Shown here one piece after another: positions 16,644 through 27,562 of a stretch of 43,140 nucleotides of DNA. The notes below the pieces were generated by a model, which ran no database searches, was not told the origin of the DNA, and worked only from the letters and a program-made list of their open reading frames with translations. Position 1 is the first letter of the stretch. Each line of letters begins with the position of its first letter. The position numbers were made by a program, and so were the translations under genes. Source of the DNA: Trichomonas gallinae (taxonomy: Eukaryota). The DNA is taken from contig MRSU01010402.1 in NCBI GenBank assembly GCA_008369845.1, positions 1 through 43,140 on the forward strand, in the 5' to 3' direction.

Positions 16644-19379
16644 TTAATGAGTTGGATCTACATAAATCGATTCTATAAAAAGCGGAAAATTTGATAAAAC
16701 TGATGAAATAGCAACCTCAAACTGCTCTTGGTTATCAAGCTTTTCAACAAACATACTGACGTTGTCGCTGAAATCATTCGACAATAAAAGCACATTTTGA
16801 ATAGCTGTGTTTGATTCTTTTATTGCTATTTCTTTGCTGCCTCTTTTCAGTATTGTTGATATTAATAAACAAAACTGCGTGAAATAAATATGATTATTAT
16901 TTCTAAATAAATATGAGAATAAACTAGTTAGCAAATCCACACTATACATTGGCATTAAGCTCGTTTGCTCTATTAAAGATGTCAATGCCAAAATTGCGGG
17001 TAATTGTATTGGACCATTAATAAAACAATTCGATATAAGGAACTCATAGGTATTTTTGAAGTCATCCTGAACTAATTCTACGTTAAAACCAAATATTGAA
17101 TACAATAATTGGGTAAAATACAATTTAATTTCATCTGTGAATGGCCAACTGTTATTTATAAGATTGCTATACAATAGTGATGATATGTTTTGTGCCAATT
17201 GTGTTTGATTCTTGTTATCAAAAAATTGAAGTTTTGCAATCAGCTCAATTATATTTGGAACTCTATTGCTGGGTTCTAATGACAATACTTGAGAAAGGAA
17301 TTCATGTGTTCGTGTGCAAATATATTCAAAATATCCATATTCGATTAAATTTTGAAAAATATTAAAAATTAATCGTTGAATGCTTGTCATGTAAATAATC
17401 ATTGATGTGTTGAATGGATTTGACTGTATCATCTCAAATGATCTTAAACAAATTTGAGATAATAAATCAATATCGATTTTTTGAGGAGAACTCAACGCAT
17501 TTCCAGCTGATGCAATAAAGTCATTCAAGCATGCAATAATTTCAAGCAATTTACTGCAATTCGCAGGTGAATCAAAATTCAAATTATTAATTTGTTCAAT
17601 AATATCATGATAAATTGCGTGAAAAGATGTTTCATCATTATATTTCGCTAGAATTGATAAAACAGTCGAAACAAATGAGAATTTCAAGTCTTTGTTAGAT
17701 AAATTATCATAATGTTTGAAAAAGTTTGGAATTATTATCTCATACAGCTTCATTGAGAATGGGAATTGGCTTACATGCGAAAACACTGATAATGCTGATT
17801 CCTGAAGCCTTGAATTCTGTATTTTCAGCGATTGAGCAAAATAATTATTTGATTCTGGATAATTAATGAGAATTGGTGCAAGAGAATCATATAGTGATAC
17901 ATAGAAGTATAATTTCTCAGCTAATATTGATGAATTCGTGTTTTTCTTCGAGATTTTATCCATTATTAGTTGATTTGATTCTTCTAGAAGTTCCACATAC
18001 TTATTTTCATTTAGTATATGTTGAGAAATGAACTTTAGCGAATAAATCAATGTAATATAAGTTGATTTTTCATATCCTAATTCTAAACTTACCAATGTAT
18101 CATTAATTTGACTAATGAGTAAATCTCCTGCAACTTGATGAACCAACTCAAATGTATTTTCTATCAGATCTAATAATGGCTTCCTTTTAGGAAAATCATT
18201 TGAAAAATCATGAACTGGATAAATATTTGCGAACAATTTTGATAAATATATATGAATATAAGAAGCATAAACGTTATCATATGCATTATATTGGATATTT
18301 TTCGATATTAATTCTAATCGTTTTTCAAAAAGATGATTCCACCATATAATGCAGTGTTTCATGCATTCATTATCATTTATGTCCCATATTACATCTAGAA
18401 TTTCAACAGCATGCTCCAAAATCTCTTTGTATTCTTCAGAATCGAAAAAATCAAAATGATCAATGAGAAACGATGATAAAAAATCTATTATTTCTTGTGA
18501 TTGTTCCTTGATCAGGTGTGTATTTTGTCTATTTTCATAAACTAAATTAAAATATTTCGTGAAAAAATTAAATATTTCTTCTTTGATTGGTGGATTGTTA
18601 AATGCAACTGCCATGTAGTAAATTATGCAGTATATGTATTCTATGTTATTCAAAAAGTTGAATTTTGTATCAAGAAAAATCATTTTCTCGAAATCAGCAA
18701 AACCTGGAAATTCAATGATGTCATTCAATAGAGATACAACGGCTACTGCGTTATATACTGCTTCAAGTGTTTTTCTTTCTTTCGATTGAAATGTTTTTTC
18801 AATTAGTAAATTTATTCGATTTGCATTCTCTTGTGCATATGTAAATGCTTGCTTTTTTACTTCTTCTGTTATTATTGATAGTAAATCATTGCTTTTGATT
18901 AACTTATAAAAATAATGAATGCATTGCAGTGCATGATGATGAGTTATAACATATTCTTCATTAAATTCCATCATGTATTCAAATCCTCGTGGAAATTTAT
19001 TTGGTAAACAAAGAATTACTAAAGTTGCATACAATTGATGCATAGATATTGCATTTTCATCTGTAAAACTACATGATACTTGTATATATAGATATGCTCG
19101 TGTTATTTCATTAATGAATTTCTTTTGAGTTTGTAAATCCAGAGAATTCCAATTTGAAATTAAATATTCTATAAGTATATTCGAGAAAAAAGCAGAATTA
19201 CAGAGATTAATCGATGTATATAAGTAGTCTATGCATATTAAATGGCAATCTGGTCTATTTATAAATTGTTGTAAAACATTTTCTTTGTTTGGGTGCTTGT
19301 TTCTAAAATAATACAATATTTCTTCGCATTTTGGTATCTTTTCTGGATTTGTTATGTTTTGTTCAATTGTCCGAAACAT
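16644..19379 (-). CDS. Divergent exportin (CRM1/Xpo1-like karyopherin)
   Basis: 911-aa helical protein; WNSL in an IBN_N-like region; INDNECMKHCIIWWNHL resembles CRM1 EIFKICLEYWNHL. Confidence 0.6.
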   Translation of the reverse strand: MFRTIEQNITNPEKIPKCEEILYYFRNKHPNKENVLQQFINRPDCHLICIDYLYTSINLCNSAFFSNILIEYLISNWNSLDLQTQKKFINEITRAYLYIQVSCSFTDENAISMHQLYATLVILCLPNKFPRGFEYMMEFNEEYVITHHHALQCIHYFYKLIKSNDLLSIITEEVKKQAFTYAQENANRINLLIEKTFQSKERKTLEAVYNAVAVVSLLNDIIEFPGFADFEKMIFLDTKFNFLNNIEYIYCIIYYMAVAFNNPPIKEEIFNFFTKYFNLVYENRQNTHLIKEQSQEIIDFLSSFLIDHFDFFDSEEYKEILEHAVEILDVIWDINDNECMKHCIIWWNHLFEKRLELISKNIQYNAYDNVYASYIHIYLSKLFANIYPVHDFSNDFPKRKPLLDLIENTFELVHQVAGDLLISQINDTLVSLELGYEKSTYITLIYSLKFISQHILNENKYVELLEESNQLIMDKISKKNTNSSILAEKLYFYVSLYDSLAPILINYPESNNYFAQSLKIQNSRLQESALSVFSHVSQFPFSMKLYEIIIPNFFKHYDNLSNKDLKFSFVSTVLSILAKYNDETSFHAIYHDIIEQINNLNFDSPANCSKLLEIIACLNDFIASAGNALSSPQKIDIDLLSQICLRSFEMIQSNPFNTSMIIYMTSIQRLIFNIFQNLIEYGYFEYICTRTHEFLSQVLSLEPSNRVPNIIELIAKLQFFDNKNQTQLAQNISSLLYSNLINNSWPFTDEIKLYFTQLLYSIFGFNVELVQDDFKNTYEFLISNCFINGPIQLPAILALTSLIEQTSLMPMYSVDLLTSLFSYLFRNNNHIYFTQFCLLISTILKRGSKEIAIKESNTAIQNVLLLSNDFSDNVSMFVEKLDNQEQFEVAISSVLSNFPLFIESIYVDPTH

Positions 19380-19799
19380 GAAAATAAAAAGTCAAGATGA
19401 AAAATGAAAGATTTCTTTATATTTTTCCTATTTTATGGATATATTCAATGAATATCTATCTAATTTGTTCTAAAATCATTCAAAATCATTGGTAAATTTT
19501 TTGATCAAAAAAATATCAGTGTATTTCACTAACTTTATATGAGAAAAAGTGAATTAATCAATGATTATATTTTATTACCAAAATATATGAATAAAAATTT
19601 CTTTAAAATGGAATATATCCAAGTAGACTATGAAATATTGAAACTCCCACTCTATAGTTTATTAACCATCATATATTTTCATTAACATTTCGCTTATAAA
19701 AATTCAGCATTTTAAAATTTTGATATTTGGTATAAATATATGAAAATTTAGCTTTTGCATGAGTAAATATGGTATAATTAATCCAAACAAATCTAATAT

Positions 19800-22004
19800 T
19801 TATAATTTTTGAACAAATCTATGAATATACTCCGCAAACATTGGACGGAGAGCTGTGATTGCGTCTATAACTTCTTGTCTAATGAGATCGCCTGCCCCTT
19901 CATCACTCAAGTCAAGGGCAAGTTTCTGAAGCATAATTTTTGATAAAACTTCCTGTGATTTAGGTAAATGTGGTAAATCGGCCTCAATCATCATCGCCAA
20001 GCTGCAGCACAGCTCATCAGCTATGTGTCTCACCGCCACGAAAACGACTGAGCACAATCTGAGGAACTCTCTCGTTCCATCTGGCCCCATTGCATCAGTC
20101 ATCTGCTCGACAACTCTCACAGTAACAGGGACAAACTTAGGGTCGATGCCAAACATGTACCCGAAGTCGACATGCAAAAAGTTTCCTTTCTTGGACACCA
20201 GGAGATTATCAAGGTGTCTGTCGCCTACACCGAGTACATAGGAAACTACTGAGTATGCTGCACTGCTCTTGATGAATCTCTGCCGTGGATTGTCGCCGTC
20301 GTTTTTGTCCCAGAAGTCGGATATAGAGTCGTTGTTCATCTCCAAAACTTTGGAAACGGCTTTGGCGCCGACAATGAACTCCATCATCCCGAAAACCTTC
20401 GATATAGGAAGCACTTTGTATGGGGACATGCATAGATCCAGACCATATCCTTTCAAGTGATCATCAATAAATTTAATCGTGTTCAATGCTAATGCATCCT
20501 GTCTCATATCATCGCCATATTTGAGAATGACTGAATAGGACTGTTTCTTGTCATCGAGGAAGTCGAGTTTGACTGGCTTCAAACTTGAACCGAAAACAAT
20601 GATGTTATCAAGACTAATTGAGTGTACAACAAACGATGGCATGATTGGTAGTCTGAATGGTGTTGAAATACTTCCATTTCCAAGTTTTTCTTTGATATAT
20701 TGAATTTGTGAATCCTTAGGAACAGATTTGACACCAATAACAATATCCATCAGTCTATTAAGCTCTTTCTTGCCGACTTCTATATCTTTTAGTATCTCAT
20801 CGTTGACATTTGATTTTATCAATTCTAAAATTCTTTGAGCCATTGTAGCGTGATGTTTGTTTTCTGTCTCAAGGACTAAATTCCAATAAGCAGCAACACA
20901 TATTTCATCGCTTTGCTTGCATTTATCGATGAGAAAATCCTGAGCGTCTTGAAGCTTAATGGCAACTTGTATAACACAAGGAATGAAGTTCTTTACAACA
21001 CTCAGTGGTGCTTTGTAGAGACAATTCGTTGCATGGCGAGTAATGTATTGTGTTGGTCTAGGAAGTAATAAACAATACAAAGCAATGCTGAACGGTAAAT
21101 CAGGAGTTGATATGAAAATGTCTTTTGCGGCCAACTTAAGGAATCCTGATGGAAATGTTGAAACATATTTTGGATATTCGTTTAAAAAGTCATAATCAGC
21201 TTGCGTTATACCTGATATGAACGGGCAATTGATAATCTGCTTGAGATGTGGTACTTTATCGTATGTTGGCGTTGAATTATCTTTGAAGAATCTCGGTCTC
21301 TTGAAATTTGACCAATTCAGCTCTTGCGCTGATATGTCTTGTGCTGGAGAAGTAATAATGCATGAGAAAACATTTGTTACGATGCTCGAATATTTTTCTA
21401 AATCGCCTATGTATGGCTGAACGGTATCATTCTGTGTGAGACCTGAAAATAGGTCAATTGATTGAGAAGCAATATCACTGAGCATAGGAGAAGGGGATCT
21501 ATATAATGGAATAGATAAATCGTTGATGTGATATTTGAGTAAGTCCATCATAATGGCTCTGTGGACGTCAGAAACTGCTCCACTTGACATCGTAAATATT
21601 ACATCGCCGAATAAATGATTTGCTTTTCCTGATGCAATAAATTCAGCGTCAAAATCTTCGATTTTATGGCTCAAAGTTATTACTACGTTAAAATCTTCCA
21701 ATATAAAGAACTGTTCTGGTACTTCTATAGGATAAGAGAAAAGAAGCAATTGTTGATATTCTGAAGCTGTCGCTTTGAGGTCTGTTGGTGACATGGTGTA
21801 TTCTGTCAGCTCATCATCACCCAATTGTAGTCGAAATTTAACAATAAAACATGATAATGGAGAATGCAATATTTTTATGTTTGCTTTTTCGTATGCTGCA
21901 ATGATTTTCTGTCTGTGTATATGAAGAAAAGGGCCAAGCATGCCGACGAGTCTCAATGTTCTCTTCTCCGGACGTTTAGCAAATGGAGAATCGTCGTCAA
22001 ACAT
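19800..22004 (-). CDS. VPS34: Class III phosphatidylinositol 3-kinase
   Basis: FGSSLKP, K.GDDMRQD, YVLGVGDRHLDNLL, HVDFGYMFGIDPK; helical domain upstream; first ATG at 22004. Confidence 0.9.
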   Translation of the reverse strand: MFDDDSPFAKRPEKRTLRLVGMLGPFLHIHRQKIIAAYEKANIKILHSPLSCFIVKFRLQLGDDELTEYTMSPTDLKATASEYQQLLLFSYPIEVPEQFFILEDFNVVITLSHKIEDFDAEFIASGKANHLFGDVIFTMSSGAVSDVHRAIMMDLLKYHINDLSIPLYRSPSPMLSDIASQSIDLFSGLTQNDTVQPYIGDLEKYSSIVTNVFSCIITSPAQDISAQELNWSNFKRPRFFKDNSTPTYDKVPHLKQIINCPFISGITQADYDFLNEYPKYVSTFPSGFLKLAAKDIFISTPDLPFSIALYCLLLPRPTQYITRHATNCLYKAPLSVVKNFIPCVIQVAIKLQDAQDFLIDKCKQSDEICVAAYWNLVLETENKHHATMAQRILELIKSNVNDEILKDIEVGKKELNRLMDIVIGVKSVPKDSQIQYIKEKLGNGSISTPFRLPIMPSFVVHSISLDNIIVFGSSLKPVKLDFLDDKKQSYSVILKYGDDMRQDALALNTIKFIDDHLKGYGLDLCMSPYKVLPISKVFGMMEFIVGAKAVSKVLEMNNDSISDFWDKNDGDNPRQRFIKSSAAYSVVSYVLGVGDRHLDNLLVSKKGNFLHVDFGYMFGIDPKFVPVTVRVVEQMTDAMGPDGTREFLRLCSVVFVAVRHIADELCCSLAMMIEADLPHLPKSQEVLSKIMLQKLALDLSDEGAGDLIRQEVIDAITALRPMFAEYIHRFVQKL

Positions 22005-22217
22005 AAAACTGATTACAATCAAACGATAAAACTCATAAGAAATGTCAATATTATTTATTTCTCGATTAATGTTTATTGAACGCGCAATATTTTTAATTTC
22101 ATAATTTATTTAATTTAAAATAGAGACTTCTGACTATTGAAAATAGTACATATTAAAAGATTTATATTCAAACTCTTATTCATTGTTGGACTTTATACAA
22201 AAAAATAATACAAACAT

Positions 22218-23042
22218 TTATTTCAATCTAGAAACAACAATAGGAAGTAATTTTCCGGTCTCAGTTTGGAGGAATAACTGAGTGTCTCCTTCAACTGGAT
22301 CAAGAGACTTAATAATTTGTTGTTCAAGCTCAAGTTTGGACTGAGCCTTTTGTTTCATTGCCTCCTTCGAATTTGGAGATATACTAAGAGTAAATAAGTC
22401 GCGTGGTTTGACACGAGCCTTCTTAACAACAGGTGGAGCTGGTTTTTTGTAAGTATTTGTTAAATATGGTAAATCAGCAAATTCGGCTGCAATATTTCTG
22501 TCTTTTTCTTTATCAACATCGATCTTGGCAGATAAAACGCCAATTTCTCCATCGAGATCGCCGATATATCTATAACCGTAAAATTTCTTAGGTTTCTTTA
22601 TATTTTGAGGTCCATGGTTCTCTTCTACTGGTTGGTTCTGTGGTTGAATCGAGTCTTCATAAAGATTTTCAACAGAATTGTATAACGGATCTGGCTTTTT
22701 CGAAGAATTTGTTGGCGGCCTTGGCTCATCTCTTTCGGTAAATGTAGTAGTTGGTCTTGTTTCGGAGCGTTTAGTTGTTGTTGGTGATTTTGCGCATGTA
22801 AGATATTTTGGAACGTGTTTCGATGGTTTTGTCTGTGGTTCAATCAATTCAATGCCCTTTGGCTTTGGTACTGGTGGTGGTCTTCTTTTCGCAAGTTCGT
22901 TTTTAAGAAAATTGAAATCTATTGGATCAGGCGGCGGCATTGGTTTTTCTATCATCGAACGAAGAAACGTTAAATCATCATCCGGAAGCTCCGGTTTAGG
23001 CGTTGCATAAATATCTGCTAATTTTGGTACTGCACTATACAT
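22218..23042 (-). CDS. Hypothetical proline/lysine-rich protein
   Basis: 274-aa ORF from ATG 23042; no family recognised. Confidence 0.7.
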   Translation of the reverse strand: MYSAVPKLADIYATPKPELPDDDLTFLRSMIEKPMPPPDPIDFNFLKNELAKRRPPPVPKPKGIELIEPQTKPSKHVPKYLTCAKSPTTTKRSETRPTTTFTERDEPRPPTNSSKKPDPLYNSVENLYEDSIQPQNQPVEENHGPQNIKKPKKFYGYRYIGDLDGEIGVLSAKIDVDKEKDRNIAAEFADLPYLTNTYKKPAPPVVKKARVKPRDLFTLSISPNSKEAMKQKAQSKLELEQQIIKSLDPVEGDTQLFLQTETGKLLPIVVSRLK

Positions 23043-23058
23043 AAACTCGTTTTTTAGT

Positions 23059-23532
23059 AAAAGTGACAAATTGCAAAATATATAATAAAAGTGACTAAAA
23101 TTTCGATTCTGACAAATAAACTTGACAAATTATAAAATTGACAAATAAAAGAAATAATTTGAATTAAATTGACATATAAAGTGACAAAAAGATCAAAAGT
23201 GTAACAAAAATAATAAAAGTGACGAAATTCATGAATATGACAAAAATAATAATAGATATAATAGACAAAAATAAAAGTGACGAAATTCATGAATATGACA
23301 AATAAATTTGACAAATTACCAAAATTGACAAATAAAGAAAATGAATTGAATGTATTTGACAAATAAAAATGACAAAATTTGTTAAAAGTGACAAAGTTGT
23401 AAGAAATTTAATAAAAGTGATGAAATTCTAGAATCTGACAAAAAATTTGACAAAATTATTATATCTGACAAATAAACCAAACAAATTGAAGATTATTGAC
23501 AAATATAATGGCAAAAATATCAAAAAGTGACG
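23059..23532 (+). repeat. Polarised array of about 21 TGAC-core motifs (AAAAGTGAC / TGACAAA) with a 33-bp direct repeat
   Basis: All TGAC copies lie on the + strand; AATAAAAGTGACGAAATTCATGAATATGACAAA occurs at 23212-23244 and 23270-23302; the array lies between divergent genes. Confidence 0.85.
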
Positions 23533-23629
23533 ATTTTGTAAATCTTTAGGACGATAACAAAAATTTGTTTTGGGGAGTTTTTTAAGTAGTGACGTTTCAG
23601 ATAAACAAGGGAACCCCTCATCTCTATTG

Positions 23630-24616
23630 ATGCCTGTGGGTAACCCTATCAACCGATTTTGCGATGATTTTGCTTCGAATTTGGTTGAAGATAATATTAA
23701 CAACAATTCTAAAAACGAATTAATCGAAGAAGGAACAGAAGTTTTCGAAATGCAAGGTTACGCTATCCTCAAAAAGATCGGAGAAGGCGCAGAAGCCGCT
23801 GTTTATTCTGCATCAAAAATGGGTACTACAGATATTATCGCATTAAAAGTATTTCGTAAGGACAAACGTCTTGGAAGTGAAAAGCCAAGAGAAATTGAAA
23901 TAGCATCTGCACTCCATCACCCTCACTGTCTTCCAATTATCAATTCTTTCCTTACACCTTCGAGTGAATACGTCATTTCAATGCCATTAGCTAAGTATGG
24001 CGCATTCGAAGTTACGAAAAGACCAGAATTGTCAATCTACGATGCTGTCCGATTTTTACATCAAATCGGCAGCGCTCTTGAATATATGCACGAGAATGGA
24101 TACGTTCACAGAGATATAAAGCCCCAAAATGTGCTCATATTTGAAACAGGCTTCGCTCTTTGCGACTTTTCTGTTTCTACAAAATTACATAATCCAGATG
24201 AGCTTTTAACAGGAGAGATTGGAACTTCTTTCTTCATGTCTCCTCAGGTCTCAAACCAGGAACAGTACAAGCCAAAACCAGCAGATATGTGGAGTTTAGG
24301 AGTTACGATATTTGTTTTGATATACGGAACGTATCCATACGATTTACAGAAGATATATGATAATGCAAGTCAAAGCATGCTTAAAAACAACGTATCTAGG
24401 ATACAACCGCTTGGAGAATTAGAATTTCCTGAATATCCGACATTACCTACAGATCTTAAGAATATCCTTCGGAAACTATTAGATAAAGACCCCGATACTA
24501 GAATGACTGCATCTGAGCTAGTTAATCATCCATACATCCAGAAATACAAAAATAACTGGAGTAATATCATCTCCCTCATGGAAGAGGATGACTCTTATTT
24601 ATCTGGAAAAGCTTAA
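23630..24616 (+). CDS. Ser/Thr protein kinase, CAMK group (CaMKK/GRIK-like features)
   Basis: GEGAEAAV, ALK, HRDIKPQN, DFSVS, GTSFFMSPQ, ADMWSLGVT; start uncertain (ATG 23630 or 23750). Confidence 0.85.
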   Translation: MPVGNPINRFCDDFASNLVEDNINNNSKNELIEEGTEVFEMQGYAILKKIGEGAEAAVYSASKMGTTDIIALKVFRKDKRLGSEKPREIEIASALHHPHCLPIINSFLTPSSEYVISMPLAKYGAFEVTKRPELSIYDAVRFLHQIGSALEYMHENGYVHRDIKPQNVLIFETGFALCDFSVSTKLHNPDELLTGEIGTSFFMSPQVSNQEQYKPKPADMWSLGVTIFVLIYGTYPYDLQKIYDNASQSMLKNNVSRIQPLGELEFPEYPTLPTDLKNILRKLLDKDPDTRMTASELVNHPYIQKYKNNWSNIISLMEEDDSYLSGKA

Positions 24617-24931
24617 ATTGTTTATTAGAACTGTTTATAAAATTAAAAAAGTTTATTTGAATTATTTCGACAACATACAATGAGAGAATAGTATAAATAG
24701 GTGAATTATATGTATATTAGTTGATAGAGAACTTAAATCATGAAAAAATATCAAAATATTTTTGAATTTCTGGGATTTTGATATACTTATATGCGACTAT
24801 GTAAATAGAATTAATTTAACAAATGTTTGATTTTGTTAGAATTTTAATTAAATGATTTTTTAGGTGCAAAAACTATAAAATGATAATAGTTTTTGAAAAA
24901 TTCGAAAAAAGGAAAAGACGTTTTAAAATTC

Positions 24932-27562
24932 ATGATTGCTCCTCTTGATCATGTGGCGCTAATTCCAATGAGAGGGAGGGATGTACAGTTCGAAACGAAG
25001 AAATCTTCGCGTAGGCCGAAGTCTGAAAAGGAATTTGAAACTCCTTTGATGCCATTTGAGAAAGATGCAATCAAGAAAAAGCAATCTAGGCCAAATAGCG
25101 AAGCCAAAGCTACACTTTCAGGCTCGTTGATTGACAGACAGCCTAAAAATGCTGAAGGAGTCTATGCTATTCGCTTCAAAGATTCAACATGGAAATCAAC
25201 ATCAACGAATTGCCGCGATCAACCACCAACAAGAGACTACGTACAAGGATTACTGACAAACTACACCAAAAATTTGGACCTAGTTGACGGCTATCAAGGA
25301 GTTGATCTTGCTTCTCAGATGCAATCAGTGAATGATTTGATGCTGGAGGAATTAATCAACGAATTAAGAGTCGCCAATCTCGGACAGGCTAAATTACTTG
25401 AATTATTTCGACAAAGTACGGCAAAAGTTTTCAATTTGCTTTACGAAGACGCTGCTTTATCAAGAAAAGAGAATATTCGGTTGAAAACAGAGACACAGCT
25501 TGCTATCGATGATAAAAACACAGCCATTGCACAATGCAATTTGAGAATTCAAAACTCAGAAGAAGAAGCAGCCCGAAAAATCGCTGAAAAAGAACGAAAA
25601 CTACAGACGAAAATGGCTGAATACGACAATGACATGAAAAACTTCCTCGAACAGAAGCAAAAACTCGAAGATCACGTTAAAGCTCTTCACCACGTCTTCC
25701 TCGATTTCCAGCAAGATGCTGTTTATCTCAAACTCGAGGAGCTTAAGCAAGAAGTACAGAAAAATCAGCAAAAATTGACAGAAAAAGACGAAGATATCGT
25801 TAGATTACAGATGGCCATTCAGAAATGGAAAACCATTCACGCAGAACAGCAGAAGAAGCAAAGTGATCTCGAAGATGCTAATCAAATCCTTCGTGAGCAG
25901 CTTCAAGGCGAACAATTAAGTTTGATGCAGCTTCAGCGTCAATATGACAATCTCAAAGCCGACTACGATGCATTAGTTAATGGTGTTCCAGAAGATCTCA
26001 CGAAATCTCAAGAGTTACTCAAAGAAATTAACGAATTAACAGCTGGTCAAGAAAAAGAGGACAACCACGTTTCCCTGGCATCTCTTTCACCGACAAGGAG
26101 ACGCACCATGACGGCTTCTTCCCCCAACTTCGATGGCACGCAGTTTATTCAAGTCTACCACAAACTCGAGAAAGTCGAAATCCAAATTTCTAAATTTATC
26201 GAAAACGCTTCAGGCCAACCTCCTCAGTTCTCGAAGACATCGGATGACGCGAACGAGATGAAGCTTGTCAGCGGAAATCCGGACGTCGCTCTATCAGCGG
26301 TGACGAATAAAGTCGAAGATTTAAGCGAGCTTTCGACTATTTTAAACGAAGTCAAAGTCGGAGGCTACACGGCTGGCAGGACATGCAGATTCGCCCAGTT
26401 CTTCTCTTCAGGCATTGCAGGTAAGCCGGCTATGAAGACAGAGAACCAAGTCAACTTATATCACGTGATCAGAAGATTATTCAACGCGAAATATTTGGCC
26501 GACAAATGGAATTTGAGAGGAAACAAGTCAGTTACTCCATTCCCTGAATTCGTTCTCAGCTATTTCTACCACGAAGAGGGCAGGATGTCCTTCGCGCTAC
26601 ACGAGTGCAAGAAGTTCTGGGAGAAGCTGATAAAAGAAGAACAAGACCAAAAATGCCCGCCTGAAATCAAAATGTTTATGAGATTTTTGAGAGAAGAACT
26701 GACAGTCGACGAATTGACTTTCTTCCTGCACATAAGATACAGACTACTCGGCCTGCAGAAGCTGAAAGATGAAGAGCCCGAATATGTCAAGATTCCATTC
26801 GGATTATGCGTCGAGTTGTTGGACACTATTTTAGGCACACTTTCGCCTATCAAAGAAGGCGTCGCGAAGCAGGCCGAGAGATTGAGCGAGAAGGGCATCA
26901 TAGACTACGCAGACTTCATGACCGTCTTCGTCGAGTTCTACAGGAACCAGAGGATGCAGAGGCGAGAAGCAATCAAAATCATGATCACTTCCAAAAAATT
27001 CTCGAATGACATAGAGACAGTCATCACACTCGAACTGTTCATATCAATGATGCAGGCCTTGGGATTCCAGGGCTCGATAGAAGAGTTGCTCGAGCTCTAC
27101 AAGTTTTCCATTTTGTTCGGCAACGGAGAAATTTCAGTCGAAGGAGTTCTGAGGGCCATGGACCATCTTTCTGTCCATTTCTACTGCATAGACATCCCCG
27201 TTGAAGTCGACAGATCCATGGAGAGCAGCGAGCTCGCCCGCCAGATGGTGCAGGAGCACTGGCTGAAGTTCGGACAATGGTTCGATGGTTTAAGGAAGTC
27301 GAATCAAATTGATTCGTGGGCGAAAAGTCTGCTGACTTCGAGGGTGAGAAAAGTTGAGCAGGCATTCCAGCAGAACCTTGCTGCACCGACAATATTCCAC
27401 GCGCTGAGAGACCTGTATGATAATATGCAGTACATTCTCGCAATTATAATCAGAGGTGTCGCAAAACCGCTCGACAAAGACACTGCTGAGAAGCATTTGA
27501 AACTACTAGAAAGCTTGAACACGTTTTTGATGGATGTTGCCGTAGAAGCAAAGGCTGCGTAA
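24932..27562 (+). CDS. Coiled-coil protein with N-terminal axonemal dynein light chain (p28-like) domain
   Basis: PPTRDYV..L and LEELINELRV....QAKLLELFR resemble p28 PATRLDV / FDELIRQV....ERGLLL.VR; long coiled coil; EF-hand-like C-terminal helices. Confidence 0.55.
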   Translation: MIAPLDHVALIPMRGRDVQFETKKSSRRPKSEKEFETPLMPFEKDAIKKKQSRPNSEAKATLSGSLIDRQPKNAEGVYAIRFKDSTWKSTSTNCRDQPPTRDYVQGLLTNYTKNLDLVDGYQGVDLASQMQSVNDLMLEELINELRVANLGQAKLLELFRQSTAKVFNLLYEDAALSRKENIRLKTETQLAIDDKNTAIAQCNLRIQNSEEEAARKIAEKERKLQTKMAEYDNDMKNFLEQKQKLEDHVKALHHVFLDFQQDAVYLKLEELKQEVQKNQQKLTEKDEDIVRLQMAIQKWKTIHAEQQKKQSDLEDANQILREQLQGEQLSLMQLQRQYDNLKADYDALVNGVPEDLTKSQELLKEINELTAGQEKEDNHVSLASLSPTRRRTMTASSPNFDGTQFIQVYHKLEKVEIQISKFIENASGQPPQFSKTSDDANEMKLVSGNPDVALSAVTNKVEDLSELSTILNEVKVGGYTAGRTCRFAQFFSSGIAGKPAMKTENQVNLYHVIRRLFNAKYLADKWNLRGNKSVTPFPEFVLSYFYHEEGRMSFALHECKKFWEKLIKEEQDQKCPPEIKMFMRFLREELTVDELTFFLHIRYRLLGLQKLKDEEPEYVKIPFGLCVELLDTILGTLSPIKEGVAKQAERLSEKGIIDYADFMTVFVEFYRNQRMQRREAIKIMITSKKFSNDIETVITLELFISMMQALGFQGSIEELLELYKFSILFGNGEISVEGVLRAMDHLSVHFYCIDIPVEVDRSMESSELARQMVQEHWLKFGQWFDGLRKSNQIDSWAKSLLTSRVRKVEQAFQQNLAAPTIFHALRDLYDNMQYILAIIIRGVAKPLDKDTAEKHLKLLESLNTFLMDVAVEAKAA

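Noticed and set aside
23059..23532. CRISPR-like interpretation of the motif arrays (also 16091-16211 and 38170-38343)
   Set aside because: Repeats are too short and irregular, spacers are not uniform, there are no cas genes, and the context is eukaryotic.
23054..23706. ORFs 23054..23362 and 23428..23706
   Set aside because: Non-ATG, low-complexity F/I/L-rich translations produced by the TGACAAA motif array or antisense to the kinase.
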